Of a stretch of 33,660 nucleotides of DNA, positions 14,760 to 24,266 are shown piece by piece. How positions within the stretch are numbered: the first letter of the stretch is position 1; the number at the start of each line of letters is the position of its first letter. The DNA comes from a virus (taxonomy: Duplodnaviria; Caudoviricetes): IMG/VR virus record IMGVR_UViG_3300049169_000027, positions 1 to 33,660 of that record; one strand, given 5' to 3'. The notes beneath the pieces were generated by a model. It had not been told where the DNA came from. It was given only the letters and a program-made list of their open reading frames with translations, and did not search any database. The position numbers and the translations under genes were made by a program.

Positions 14760-17507
14760 CTACTCACCCCCGACGCTGTAGTCCGTGCTGCTGCCGCCGG
14801 TGGTCGTCCAGGCCTGCCCGGAGTCTGCCGTGCCCCATCCGGTGGTGACGGTGCGGGTGAAGGTGTCCTGTACCGCGTATGTGCAGGAGGAGAGCGTCAT
14901 CACCTCGCCTCCGGCGCGGATGTCGACGGGGAAGTCGATGGGGTCCGTGGTCCACGGCCTGCTGAGCGTGGCGGTGACGTTCAGGGTGGTGTCGTCCGCG
15001 TCCACTGCGGCAGCCAGCTCGGTGCCGTCGGTGTCCACCCAGCCGAGCTGCGAGTGTCCCACCACGCCGACGTTCCATGGCTGGCCGGGGGTGCAGTTGA
15101 AGATGATGTCCCACTGGAACTCGCTGGCGAACGTCTCCTCGTAGCCCTGCACGATCAGTTCGATGTCACCGGGGGCCAGCCACGGCGGCGGGTTCTGGAT
15201 GACGATCTTGTCGCCGACGTCGGTCGCGAGGATCTGATCCGCCAACTCCGGGGCCTGGTGCACCATCACGTGCACCTGCGGATACCTGCGGCCCTCGTAC
15301 GTGCCGAGGTGCAGCCGCCAATACGCCTGCGGCTCCGTCTGCGCATCATCGTGCAGGTTCAGCGTCACCGACGTGTCGTACGGGCCGACACCGTTCGGCG
15401 GGGCCTGCACGGACAGCGCCCCCTCCTCGAGGACCGCACGCGCCGACGAGCCGCCCGTGCGGGACACCGTGACGTCGTTCGCCGTGGCGTCGTCGTCGCC
15501 CGTGGGCTCCAGGGGCGGCGCCAGCCCGGGCGTGGTGTAGTCCAGCACGAGCGCCGGCGTCTGGTTGTACATGCCGGCCCGGTCGCGGTAGCGCAGTGCG
15601 GGCCGCTCCCGGTCCTCGTAGAGGATGCCGCCGTCGGCGTCGGCCGCGTCCTGGAGCAGGGTGAGCATGGCGTCCGGGCGTTGCGGCCCGACCTGCTCCT
15701 GTTCGGAGACGACACCGCACACGGTCAGCGGCAGGCTCTCCTCAGTGGCCAGGCGCTGCATGCGCTCGCCCGCAGTCTCACCCGTCCAGGCCTCGATCGC
15801 TCCCTCGTAGGCGGTAGTGCCGTTGCCGCCGATCCAGGGTGCCCAGGCGGAGATGTGCCCGAGTGCGAGGCCGTCGAGGTTCGAGGAGTAGCCATCCGGC
15901 GGTGAAGCGACGGCCGTGGGGCGGCCCACGGTCCCGGCGAAGGTGCCGTCAGCTTGGCCGGCGTCGCCGCCGACGTCGGTGAACACGATCCGCCAGTCGA
16001 CGTTGGCGCCGTCCTGGTTCACCTCGAACCGGACCTGAATCCACTGGCCGAACAGGTCCGGGCCGGTGGAGAAGCTGTTGGTGAAGACGGTCCCACCGTC
16101 GTCGTCCTTGCCGATGATGCGGATCTCGGTGTCACGCTGCTGGATGAACCACTCGCGCACGGTGCCGGTGCTCAAGATCCTCATGTACGTGTTGAGCGTG
16201 GTGTTGGCCTGGTCCAGACGGTAGATCCACTGCACCTGCCACGACGTCTGCGCCGTGGCAGGCGCCGGGATCCGGCCGTACATCATCGGCAGCTCGCCGC
16301 CCCCAGAGGCGAGCACCGGCAGCGGGTTCGACGAGGGCAGGCTGTCAGCGCTGGCCCAGTCCACGCGGGACAGGGACAGCGGCCGGACACCAGCGATCGG
16401 CGACGCCGCTTGGGTGGCGGTCTGACCGTCCTCCATCGGCCAGTACGCCAGCGGCCCGTACGAGGGGATGCGGCGGCGCAGCGTGGAGTCCAACGCCTTG
16501 GTGCCGCGGCCCAGGCGGCGCAGGATGCCCGCGGTCTGCGCCTCCACCCACACGTGCGTGCCGGAGGGGTGCCAGCGGGTCGGGTAGGCGGCCAGCTCGT
16601 GGGAGAGCCGCGTGTGCCGATTGGTGATCGAGGCGGCCCCGCTCACCGTCCATGTGCGGCCCGCCGAGTCTACGAACCCGGTGATGCCCGGCGTCTGGGC
16701 GGTGAAGTCCGGCGCAGCCACGACCGTGCCGTTGATCCCGCTACGCACCTCGGCCTTGTGGATGCGCCCCAGGGCATCGGTGAACGCGAAGTTTGTGGCG
16801 TCCCCGACCTTCAGCGCGGTGGCGGTGTTGGCGATCAAGGTGGTGCCGGCCTGCACGACCGGAGAGCCGAGTTGCGTCCACGGCCCGGCCATCGTCGGTG
16901 CGGTGTAGAAGGTGATCGTGCGGCCACCTGCGCCGTTGTCGACGTCCAGCGTGGCGCGCAGCGCCAGGCGCCCGCCGGCCGGGATGGGCAGGGGAATGGA
17001 CTGGGCTTGCAGGAAGCTTGTGCCGTCCGGCGACCAGCGGAACAGCAGCGTGTCGTCCAGGGTGCCAAGCAGCCAGGACTGCCCTGAGCTGCTGTACTTG
17101 GCGAACAGGTCGAAGACGCCGGTGGTGCCCGGGAGGGGCTGCAACCAGTTCAGCAGGGTGAGGTCTATGCGGACGTCGATGTCGCCCGTGATGTCGAGGG
17201 CGGCGGCGTCCGGGGTGGACGCGTCGCCGCCGTTCTCGGGGATCTCCAGGAAGGTGGCGCCTGACCGCAGGGACAGCCGGAACGGCGTGTTCCTTCCGAA
17301 CTGGCCGTAGTACGGGCCCATCGGGTTGTCCGGGCTGAAGCGGCCATCGGTGTTGTTGAGCAGGGGACGCAGGTCGGACGGGTCTACGCGGGCGCCCTGG
17401 TCCTGGCGGCCACGCGTGTGCGTCAACGCCTGCCGCTTGAGGATCTGGCCCGTGGCGTCGACCCACACCCCGCCGATCTGGAGCTCACCACGCAGGTCCA
17501 GGTCCAC
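14760..17507 (-). CDS. large minor tail/baseplate protein with LamG/ConA-like domains
   Basis: Directly follows the tape measure; LNNTDGRFSPDNPMGPYYG, ASTPDAAALDITGDIDVR, LAYWPMEDG, ADADGGILYE motifs. Confidence 0.85.
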   Translation of the reverse strand: MDLDLRGELQIGGVWVDATGQILKRQALTHTRGRQDQGARVDPSDLRPLLNNTDGRFSPDNPMGPYYGQFGRNTPFRLSLRSGATFLEIPENGGDASTPDAAALDITGDIDVRIDLTLLNWLQPLPGTTGVFDLFAKYSSSGQSWLLGTLDDTLLFRWSPDGTSFLQAQSIPLPIPAGGRLALRATLDVDNGAGGRTITFYTAPTMAGPWTQLGSPVVQAGTTLIANTATALKVGDATNFAFTDALGRIHKAEVRSGINGTVVAAPDFTAQTPGITGFVDSAGRTWTVSGAASITNRHTRLSHELAAYPTRWHPSGTHVWVEAQTAGILRRLGRGTKALDSTLRRRIPSYGPLAYWPMEDGQTATQAASPIAGVRPLSLSRVDWASADSLPSSNPLPVLASGGGELPMMYGRIPAPATAQTSWQVQWIYRLDQANTTLNTYMRILSTGTVREWFIQQRDTEIRIIGKDDDGGTVFTNSFSTGPDLFGQWIQVRFEVNQDGANVDWRIVFTDVGGDAGQADGTFAGTVGRPTAVASPPDGYSSNLDGLALGHISAWAPWIGGNGTTAYEGAIEAWTGETAGERMQRLATEESLPLTVCGVVSEQEQVGPQRPDAMLTLLQDAADADGGILYEDRERPALRYRDRAGMYNQTPALVLDYTTPGLAPPLEPTGDDDATANDVTVSRTGGSSARAVLEEGALSVQAPPNGVGPYDTSVTLNLHDDAQTEPQAYWRLHLGTYEGRRYPQVHVMVHQAPELADQILATDVGDKIVIQNPPPWLAPGDIELIVQGYEETFASEFQWDIIFNCTPGQPWNVGVVGHSQLGWVDTDGTELAAAVDADDTTLNVTATLSRPWTTDPIDFPVDIRAGGEVMTLSSCTYAVQDTFTRTVTTGWGTADSGQAWTTTGGSSTDYSVGGE

Positions 17508-17515
17508 GACTCCTC

Positions 17516-19705
17516 CTATCCACGTCCTCGCCCGTAGGTCTTCTGCACGGAGCCGCCGCCCTTGACCGCGACCGTTTCCCGGATGATGTGCGTGAGCAGG
17601 GCCTCGACCCTGCCGCTCGAACCGGGGCGCACTTCCAGCACGATCGGCTCACGCCGCCGGGTCCCGCCCGACGCGTGAGCGCCCGGCACTGCGCCGAGGC
17701 CGGGCGCCGCCAGGTCCGGCACGGTCGGGGCCGGCAGGGTGTCCATGACCTTGCGCAGGTACGGCAGCTGGTCCGTGATGCCACGGCCGAAGTCGCTCGC
17801 GAGCGCCCGGCCGGAGTGCAAGGTGTAGCCCTTGCCCGAGAACGGGCCCTCCTTGGCGGGGCTGAACGGGAAGAAGTTACGGGCCGCGGACACGACGCCG
17901 CTGGCCGCGTTCTTCACACTGCCGATCATCGACTTGATGCCGTTGATGAAGCCCTGGATCAGCGACCGGCCAGCCCCGGCCAGCATGCCGGCGAGGTTGC
18001 CGAGCGCCGAGCGTGCCCGTCCGGGCATGCCCCGCACCAGGGAGACGAACGCGAGGGCCTTCTGAGCTGCGGCGTCCCGGAAGCGCTGGAAGGCGTTCGC
18101 CGCGGCATTCCGCAGGGTGCCCGCGAGTCCGGCGATCGCCGAGCCGATCCGGCGCGGCAGCCCCATCATCCACGCGACCAGCTGGAGGTTTTTGCGGATC
18201 GCCCAGTCCTTCGCCTGGCCGAACCAATTCGCGATCTTGCCGGGGATCTTCGACAGCCAGTTGATCGCTGCCATGATCCCGTCGACCGCTGCCACGATCG
18301 CGACCTTCACCGCCGCCCACACGGCCTGCACGATGTTCCGGAAAGTCTCACTCTTCTGGTAGGCGACGACGACGATGGCGACCAGCGCCACGATCGCGGC
18401 GATCACCAGCCCAACCGGGTTCATCATCATCACCGTGTTGAGGAGCCCCTGCACGATCGCCCACCCGCGGGTGACGGCCGCGGCGATCCGCGTGTACAGC
18501 GTGTACGCCTTGATCGCCAGACCGATCGCTGCGAATCCGGTGGCGATGCCCATCAGCACATCCGGCGGGATCTGGTTGATCAGCCGCGCGAGCTGTACGG
18601 CGATCATCGCCGTAACCCCGAGCATCGGAGACAGCGCCGCGATCACCTCAATCGCGGCCGACGCAAGCGTGCCGAGCGTCTGACCGCCCTCGCGCGCCAG
18701 CTCCATGAAGGTCGCGAAGCCCTGGCTGTCTTTCAGGCCGGTGGCCCAGTCGGCGAAGGCGGCCGTCATCTTGACCAGGCCGCCGGTCATGTCGTCCGAC
18801 ACCGGCAGGAAGGCCTGCAACAGGCCCCCGAAGCCGATGCCCAGGTTCTTGATGACCTGGAGGAAGTCCGACAGCGCCGGGCCCGCAGCCGCGGACATGT
18901 CCGCAGCCCACTCCTTGAAGCCGGCGGACTTCACCCCGGCGCCGACCTCGTCGAGGAACCCACCGAACGCATCGGCCGCGCCCTTGACGAACGGCGTCAG
19001 GGTCGGCAGCAGATCCCGGAGGATCTGGATGCCCTTGGTGAACACAGGCATGGTCGTCGAGCTGAGGGAGTTCGACCAGTCCTCGTGGTCCTTCTTCAGC
19101 CCCTGAAGGGCGATCGCGTAGTCACGCGTCGCGGGCGGCAGCCCGTCCAACTCCCGCTTGTACGCGGCATCGGCCTCCGTGGCCGCCTTCGTCGCCGACT
19201 CCGCCTCCCGCAGCGCCGCCTTGTACTCGTCGCCGCCCTTCTTCGCGAGCTTCTGCGCCGCGGCCTTCTTCAGCGTGGCCTTCTCGTGAGCCGCCTCCGC
19301 CTTCTCGGCGGCGGCCGTCGACTCCGCCACAGCGTCCAACTGCGGCTTGGCCGCCAGCTGGAACGCCTTCACCGCCAAGCCAGCCGCAACCGCCCCGGCC
19401 GCGAGGCCGCCCAGAGCAGCCGTCACCGCAGCGACGTAGGGCGCACCCGGGCCGAGGGCCAGGAGCGCAATGCGGACCTTCGTCAGGCCCTTACCGGCTT
19501 CGTCCGAGCCCCGCCCGATACCGTCGGCCAGGCCCCGGCCAGCCGCCTCACCCTCGGAGACGAACCGGCCTCGGATGTCCCTGAGACGGCCCTCGGTGTC
19601 CCGCTGGAGGCCCCGCAGCCGCAGCCGGGCCGCGTCCATGCCCCGAGAGAACCCGCTGTCGTCGGCACGGATGAACCCGACCAGCTCGCCGATGGACAGG
19701 GCCAC
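17516..19705 (-). CDS. tape measure protein
   Basis: MALSIGELVGFIRADD start, Ala/Gly-rich helical repeats, NPVGLVIAAIVALV..AYQKSETFRNIV, SPAKEGP motif; about 729 aa. Confidence 0.9.
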   Translation of the reverse strand: MALSIGELVGFIRADDSGFSRGMDAARLRLRGLQRDTEGRLRDIRGRFVSEGEAAGRGLADGIGRGSDEAGKGLTKVRIALLALGPGAPYVAAVTAALGGLAAGAVAAGLAVKAFQLAAKPQLDAVAESTAAAEKAEAAHEKATLKKAAAQKLAKKGGDEYKAALREAESATKAATEADAAYKRELDGLPPATRDYAIALQGLKKDHEDWSNSLSSTTMPVFTKGIQILRDLLPTLTPFVKGAADAFGGFLDEVGAGVKSAGFKEWAADMSAAAGPALSDFLQVIKNLGIGFGGLLQAFLPVSDDMTGGLVKMTAAFADWATGLKDSQGFATFMELAREGGQTLGTLASAAIEVIAALSPMLGVTAMIAVQLARLINQIPPDVLMGIATGFAAIGLAIKAYTLYTRIAAAVTRGWAIVQGLLNTVMMMNPVGLVIAAIVALVAIVVVAYQKSETFRNIVQAVWAAVKVAIVAAVDGIMAAINWLSKIPGKIANWFGQAKDWAIRKNLQLVAWMMGLPRRIGSAIAGLAGTLRNAAANAFQRFRDAAAQKALAFVSLVRGMPGRARSALGNLAGMLAGAGRSLIQGFINGIKSMIGSVKNAASGVVSAARNFFPFSPAKEGPFSGKGYTLHSGRALASDFGRGITDQLPYLRKVMDTLPAPTVPDLAAPGLGAVPGAHASGGTRRREPIVLEVRPGSSGRVEALLTHIIRETVAVKGGGSVQKTYGRGRG

Positions 19706-19750
19706 AGTGCACCCCCCATCGGCGCGCACGGCGCCCTGTTCAGTTGTGGA

Positions 19751-20358
19751 TCAGCCGTGCAGCGCGGAACGCACCTGCTGCGGATCGTCGATGACGGCGA
19801 TGAAGTCGCCCGCTACGTGCCGGAACACCGCCTCCGGCGACAGCCCACCGAGCAGGTTGTAGAAGCGGCGCCGGGTCAGGCGCGCGATGTCCTGCGGGCC
19901 GAGCCGGTACTCGCGCGCGAAGTCGGCTTCGATCGCCCACCACCAGCGGCGGACCGCTTCGCGGGTGCGCCAGTCGCCCTTCTGGCCGCCCGGTTCGGCC
20001 CCTTCGGGCCCACCTGTTTTCCCTCACCGCCCCCGTTACGCACCAGATCGAGTGCCTCGGAGAAGCTGATGTCCTGCCCGCCGGCCTGCGCCATTCCCCA
20101 GGTGAGGACCGTCTGGAACTCCAGGGATCCCATGCCCGCGTCGATCCATGCTTCGAGGATGTCCTCGCCGAACAGCAGGGCGACCAGCTCGGCGACGTCC
20201 TCCTCGGCCTCGGACTCGCGTAGTTCGTCGATGCGCCGCTCCATGACGAGCGGCATGTCCGTCGGGACGCGTACCTCGATGCCGCGGATGACCTCGGTGC
20301 GTCCGCTGGACACCTCGGACCAGAAGGCGTCCCACGTCTCGTGGGTGGCGGCGGTCAT
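19751..20358 (-). CDS. tail assembly chaperone frameshift product (gpGT-like), -1 frameshift at 20017-20023
   Basis: G GGA AAA slippery heptamer; -1 frame is open and reads ...RRWWWAIEADFAREYRLGPQDIARLTRRRFYNLLGGLSPEA... to TGA at 19751. Confidence 0.75.
19876..20358 (-). CDS. tail assembly chaperone (gpG-like)
   Basis: Between tail tube and tape measure; ends ..EGK..PNRAARR; contains a slippery site. Confidence 0.8.
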   Translation of the reverse strand: MTAATHETWDAFWSEVSSGRTEVIRGIEVRVPTDMPLVMERRIDELRESEAEEDVAELVALLFGEDILEAWIDAGMGSLEFQTVLTWGMAQAGGQDISFSEALDLVRNGGGEGKQVGPKGPNRAARRATGAPAKRSAAGGGRSKPTSRASTGSARRTSRA

Positions 20359-20777
20359 ACGATCGCCGCCGTGGTGGACGCGCCGGACCGGGTGAACGTC
20401 GCCGACCAGGTGACCTTGTCGTTGTTGCCGCCGCCCTGGTCGCCGAGGTTGACGTGCGCCGTCCACACCTCCCATGTGGTGTCACCCGGGGCGTGGAAGC
20501 GGAGCTTGATGAGGGAGGCCGTGCCGAGGAGTTCGGACGCGGCCTCGACGCGCTGTTGCCCGGTGTCGGCCGGGTCCCGTAGCCCCTCCAGCTCCAAGGT
20601 CTTGCCGATCTGCATCTTCTGCGACTCGGCCTGGCCGTTGCTGGCGAAGACGGTGGTGTCGGCGGTCTCCTCCTCGTGCCCCTTGGAGAAGGTGTTGATC
20701 TGGCCGATCTCCAGCCACGTCGCCGGGGTCGCGGACTCGATCTCGAACACGCAGTCGCGCGCGTTGTATTGCGCCAT
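20355..20777 (-). CDS. major tail (tube) protein
   Basis: WLEIGQINTFS..EETADTTVFASNG...DTGQQRV...GGGNNDKVTWSATFTRSG. Confidence 0.85.
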   Translation of the reverse strand: MAQYNARDCVFEIESATPATWLEIGQINTFSKGHEEETADTTVFASNGQAESQKMQIGKTLELEGLRDPADTGQQRVEAASELLGTASLIKLRFHAPGDTTWEVWTAHVNLGDQGGGNNDKVTWSATFTRSGASTTAAIV

Positions 20778-20847
20778 CGTGGGCCCTCCTTCGGGCATGG
20801 GTGAGAGCCCGCACGCGCACGGCGCCGGGCGAGATGAGAGGGGGTTG

Positions 20848-21270
20848 CTACACGCGGTGGGTGGACGCGTTGCGCACGTCGAGGCGGAAGTTGCAGACGT
20901 GCTCGTGACGGCCGGAGTCGTCTTGGCCCATGTAGGCGGGCGCGGCCTGGATGGCGATGGCCAGCTGGAGCAAGGTGCCGTCCGGCAGGGTCACCGGGCC
21001 GAGGCCGTGCAGCTCGTCACGGATCGCCGTGCACTTCTGCCGGGAGGGCCGGGGGTCGGTGCCGCCCCGGGTGCGGACCTGAAGCGACACCTCGTCCCAG
21101 CCGAGCTTGCTGTCCGACTCGGGCCCGCCGTACAGGGTCAGCGCAACCGCCGCGTCCGGCCGGGAGGGCATCGTCTCGATGAACGTGTCCCCCGTGACCC
21201 CGTCCGGGTCGTACGAGAGCAGGCCGCGCGCCTCAAGGTGGCGGGCGACGCCGTCGAGGAGATCAGCCAC
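20848..21270 (-). CDS. tail terminator / minor capsid 3-like protein
   Basis: MPSRPDAAVALTLYGG...LQVRTRG...MGQDDSGRHEHVCNF; gene position. Confidence 0.75.
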   Translation of the reverse strand: MADLLDGVARHLEARGLLSYDPDGVTGDTFIETMPSRPDAAVALTLYGGPESDSKLGWDEVSLQVRTRGGTDPRPSRQKCTAIRDELHGLGPVTLPDGTLLQLAIAIQAAPAYMGQDDSGRHEHVCNFRLDVRNASTHRV

Positions 21271-21613
21271 GTAGCCACCTCCGCAGCGACACCGCCATCA
21301 GCTGAAGCACGACGTCCCGCTCCGAGTTCATCGGCGTTTCCAGGTACTTGGCCTGGCGGCCCGGCAGGTGCTTCCAGGTCAGTTCCTCGTGCTGCCTGAC
21401 CGCATACACCGTGTCAAAGGTGACCGCGCCGTTCATGCCGTCCCGCACCACCCGGCCAGACCGCTCCAGCGTGCCCTCCTCCAGCGGCACAATCTTCCGG
21501 GCCTCGCCCAGGATGTGCTCCAGGCCCCGCTGTAGACCTTCCTCGGCCAGGCGCCGGCCGCGTGAGGTCCACTGGCGGCGCCCGTCGAACCGGAATCGGG
21601 TGTACTGCGCCAC
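21263..21613 (-). CDS. neck / minor capsid 2 (HK97 gp10-like) protein
   Basis: VPLEEGTLERSG...YAVRQHE...QAKYLETP. Confidence 0.8.
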   Translation of the reverse strand: MAQYTRFRFDGRRQWTSRGRRLAEEGLQRGLEHILGEARKIVPLEEGTLERSGRVVRDGMNGAVTFDTVYAVRQHEELTWKHLPGRQAKYLETPMNSERDVVLQLMAVSLRRWLRG

Positions 21614-21622
21614 GGCCGCCCC

Positions 21623-21940
21623 CTATTTGAGCTGCACTTCGAGGTGGTTCGGGACCGGCAGGCCGCCCCCGTCGTGCGGCACCACCGCGATCACCGTGGT
21701 TGTGGTGTCGTCCGGCAGCGTCACGCGCGCCTCGGCTTCGATCCCGGCGTCCAGCCGGGTGCGGAACGTTCCCGACGAGGTGGTCTCCTCGCCGTTCTGG
21801 CCTCGCACGGTGCGGATGCTGCGCTCCAGCAGGCCCCGCACGACCACCGGCGGCCCGTACCGGGGCCCGTAGGCCGAGTCGCCCAGGTATGCCTCGACCG
21901 TCACCTCGTGCCGTGCGAGGAAGCCGGGGAAGCCACTCAC
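21623..21940 (-). CDS. head closure / head-tail connector
   Basis: VTVEAYLGDSAYGPRYGPP...RTVRGQNGEETTSS; GTGA coupling at 21937-21940. Confidence 0.75.
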   Translation of the reverse strand: MSGFPGFLARHEVTVEAYLGDSAYGPRYGPPVVVRGLLERSIRTVRGQNGEETTSSGTFRTRLDAGIEAEARVTLPDDTTTTVIAVVPHDGGGLPVPNHLEVQLK

Positions 21941-22341
21941 GTCCACACCACCTGCTCAAGGCCGAGTTCGGCGAGGATCTCGGCGGCCTCCGGGGTCAGC
22001 GCGGTGTCCTCGGCGGTCGCCACCGGTGCGGACTGCCGCGAGAAGGACAGGCCGCCCGCGCTGATGGACGTCCACGGCGATGCGGCCGGGTCCGAGGCAT
22101 CCCCGGAGGCTGCAGCGTCCCGCTTCGCCCACACCTCCACCTGCGCGCACGTCGCATCCCGGAACGCCTCCCGCACATCCGAATCGGACGGATAGCCGGA
22201 CGCGTCCACGTCGTACAGAGCCGCCTTCGTGGCCGCCGACACCAGACGGGAGGCCCGCGCCAGCAGCCGCGAAGCGTTCGCCGGGGCCGTCGTCCCGGTG
22301 TACGCCTCGTACTCCGCCACCGTGGCGAAGACGCGGGCCAT
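21937..22341 (-). CDS. head-tail adaptor (gp15/gp6-like)
   Basis: FATVAEY...RLLARASRLV...DATCAQVE...SISAGGLSFS...AAEILAELGL. Confidence 0.8.
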   Translation of the reverse strand: MARVFATVAEYEAYTGTTAPANASRLLARASRLVSAATKAALYDVDASGYPSDSDVREAFRDATCAQVEVWAKRDAAASGDASDPAASPWTSISAGGLSFSRQSAPVATAEDTALTPEAAEILAELGLEQVVWT

Positions 22342-22344
22342 CCG

Positions 22345-22551
22345 TCATCCCTCCTTCGCGGGCGGCTTCGCAGACGCCCGCACGGACTTCGCCTCCGGCG
22401 CCGGGCCAGGGGCCGCCGACGCCGACGCGTCATCGTCCACCCGCTTCCACACCTTCGAGGCGGACAGCCGCTTGTCGTTCGGGGAGTCCGCCACCGTGAC
22501 CACGGTCTCCACCACCTCGTGGTCGTCGCCGTAGCGCTCGTACTTCGGCAT
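22345..22551 (-). CDS. hypothetical 68-aa head-region protein
   Basis: ATG 22551 overlaps the upstream TGA; AAGGGAG SD. Confidence 0.6.
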   Translation of the reverse strand: MPKYERYGDDHEVVETVVTVADSPNDKRLSASKVWKRVDDDASASAAPGPAPEAKSVRASAKPPAKEG

Positions 22552-23078
22552 CAGGACGCGTCTCCCTTCCGGCTGTAGGTCTCGGCCAGCTCGTCCCGGG
22601 TGGCCTTCTCCGCGTCCTCGCGGGGCATGCCCTGCGACACCGCGTAGTCCACCCACGTGGCCTTGGACGCCGACTTGGCGGGCGGCTCCTGCCGGACCTC
22701 CGTCGCGGGCACCAGACCGTCCCCCTTCGGGTCCTCCACGACCGGCGGGGCGCCGAGCCCGGGCGCGACCACCAGCGGCCCGTGAGGGTTCGCCAGACCG
22801 GCGTTCGACGGCGGGACGTCGCCCGGCCGCGGGTCGACCGCGGCGTCCCGCAGCGGCGCCGTGTCCGTGACGTCCTGCACGAACCGCGGGTCCGGCACGT
22901 CCGCCGTGCGCGCGGCGGGCGGGGTGTCGGTGTACGTCTCGCCGTCCACGGTGTAACCGGCGCCCTGGCAGTACGAGATGACTGCCGGGTTGTCGGTCTC
23001 CGCGACGCCGTCCTCGAAGTGGACGCCGCCCGGGCCGGTACCGGTGAAGGAGCGGTTGGGGCTTTCGATGCGTGCCAT
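22551..23078 (-). CDS. capsid-associated protein with a small C-terminal helical domain
   Basis: GVHFEDGVAETD..YCQGAGYTV N-terminus; PPAKSASKATWVDYAV...ATRDEL C-terminus; common after actinophage capsid genes. Confidence 0.7.
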   Translation of the reverse strand: MARIESPNRSFTGTGPGGVHFEDGVAETDNPAVISYCQGAGYTVDGETYTDTPPAARTADVPDPRFVQDVTDTAPLRDAAVDPRPGDVPPSNAGLANPHGPLVVAPGLGAPPVVEDPKGDGLVPATEVRQEPPAKSASKATWVDYAVSQGMPREDAEKATRDELAETYSRKGDAS

Positions 23079-23081
23079 AGG

Positions 23082-23246
23082 TCAGATCTCCTCGTCTCGG
23101 GTGACCTTGACCAGCCGTCCCGGGTCCACGCCGTGCTTCTCCAGCTCGGCGAGGACTGCGCGGGCGCTGTCACGGTCGAGGTTGTCGCCGGACTCGGCGA
23201 GCAGGTCTGCCAGCTCGTCCGCTGTGGCGAAGGTGCGCCGCTTCAT
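23082..23246 (-). CDS. hypothetical 54-aa protein
   Basis: ATG 23246 overlaps the capsid TGA (TGATG). Confidence 0.55.
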   Translation of the reverse strand: MKRRTFATADELADLLAESGDNLDRDSARAVLAELEKHGVDPGRLVKVTRDEEI

Positions 23247-24250
23247 CAGGCGCTCTTGATGTTGCGGAAGACGCCGGCGGCCTTCGTGGCCTTCAGGGCG
23301 ACGGCGATCGGGCCCATCTCGACCTCTCCGGTCTTCACGGCGCCGGCGCGGGTGAAGTCCGGCAGCCACGTTTCGACCAAGTTGCCGACGACGGACACGC
23401 CGTGGAAGCCGTCCAGGCCGTAGCGCACGGCGTACAGGTCACCGAGGCCGGTGATGTTGCCGCCCGCGCCGCCCGCGTCCGGGTCCCGGGTGACCAGCGG
23501 GATGACGTCGTTGTTCGACCCGGCCTTGGTCTTCAGGTCGACCAGCTCGACGCCGTTGTACCGCATGATCTCGCGGCCGAAAGCGTCCTGGTTCTTGTCG
23601 TACTGGTCGGTCCACATGGCCAGCGCCTTGAACAGGCTGAGGGTCTTGCGGTTGCCGTAGATGACGTCCGGGGTCTCGTCGAGGCTGGCCAGCCAGTCGT
23701 CGACGTGGCGCAGCGCGGCCATCGCGTCGGCCTTGCTGGCGATGGTCGTCCAGTCGACGTACCCGGTCGCCTCTCCGTTGGAGAGGGGGAGGTACTCGGT
23801 GGACGTGCCGGTGAGCACCTTCGAGAGGCCGTCGAAGCCGTTGGCGTCTACCGCCGTGTCGCCGTTGATCACTGCGTCCGCGAACTTCGCACGCGCGGCC
23901 TTGATCTTCTGGGACATGTTCAGCGCGACCACACCGCTCGCCGCCGGACCAATCCGGGAGACCACACGGTCCACCTGGAAGCTGCCGCCGAGCGGCTTGA
24001 GGTCAACGGTGTACCGCTGCGTGGTGACCTCGGTCGGGGTGTACTCGGAGTTGATCGCGCGGAAGTCCGCGGACACCTGCGTGATCAGGCGCCGGTACCC
24101 GTAGGTGAGGGTGTCGCCGCCGGTCGGCGAGACGACGTCGTCGAACGTCATCCGGTTGAGGATGTCACTCGACTTCTGGAACTCGTCGATGACCTGCACA
24201 TCAACGTCGTCCTGTGCGTTGTTCTTCGCCTCCGCAAGGGTGACGGGCAT
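23246..24250 (-). CDS. major capsid protein
   Basis: MPVTLAEAK...ADFRAINSEY...LGGSFQVDR...INGD..NGFDGL...GEVEM..AVALKATKAAGVFRNIK; follows the scaffold. Confidence 0.9.
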   Translation of the reverse strand: MPVTLAEAKNNAQDDVDVQVIDEFQKSSDILNRMTFDDVVSPTGGDTLTYGYRRLITQVSADFRAINSEYTPTEVTTQRYTVDLKPLGGSFQVDRVVSRIGPAASGVVALNMSQKIKAARAKFADAVINGDTAVDANGFDGLSKVLTGTSTEYLPLSNGEATGYVDWTTIASKADAMAALRHVDDWLASLDETPDVIYGNRKTLSLFKALAMWTDQYDKNQDAFGREIMRYNGVELVDLKTKAGSNNDVIPLVTRDPDAGGAGGNITGLGDLYAVRYGLDGFHGVSVVGNLVETWLPDFTRAGAVKTGEVEMGPIAVALKATKAAGVFRNIKSA

Positions 24251-24266
24251 GTGGTGCTCCTAGAGG

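Noticed and set aside
13047-15905. 952-aa plus-strand ORF (likewise 17588-20395, 27987-29147, 30551-32083 and others)
   Set aside because: Antisense shadows of well-supported minus-strand genes; long stop-free frames are expected at this GC content and the translations lack motifs
19740-20027. 95-aa ORF as the frameshift partner of the tail chaperone
   Set aside because: Wrong frame; the -1 frame ending at 19751 carries the WAIEADF..EY chaperone-like sequence
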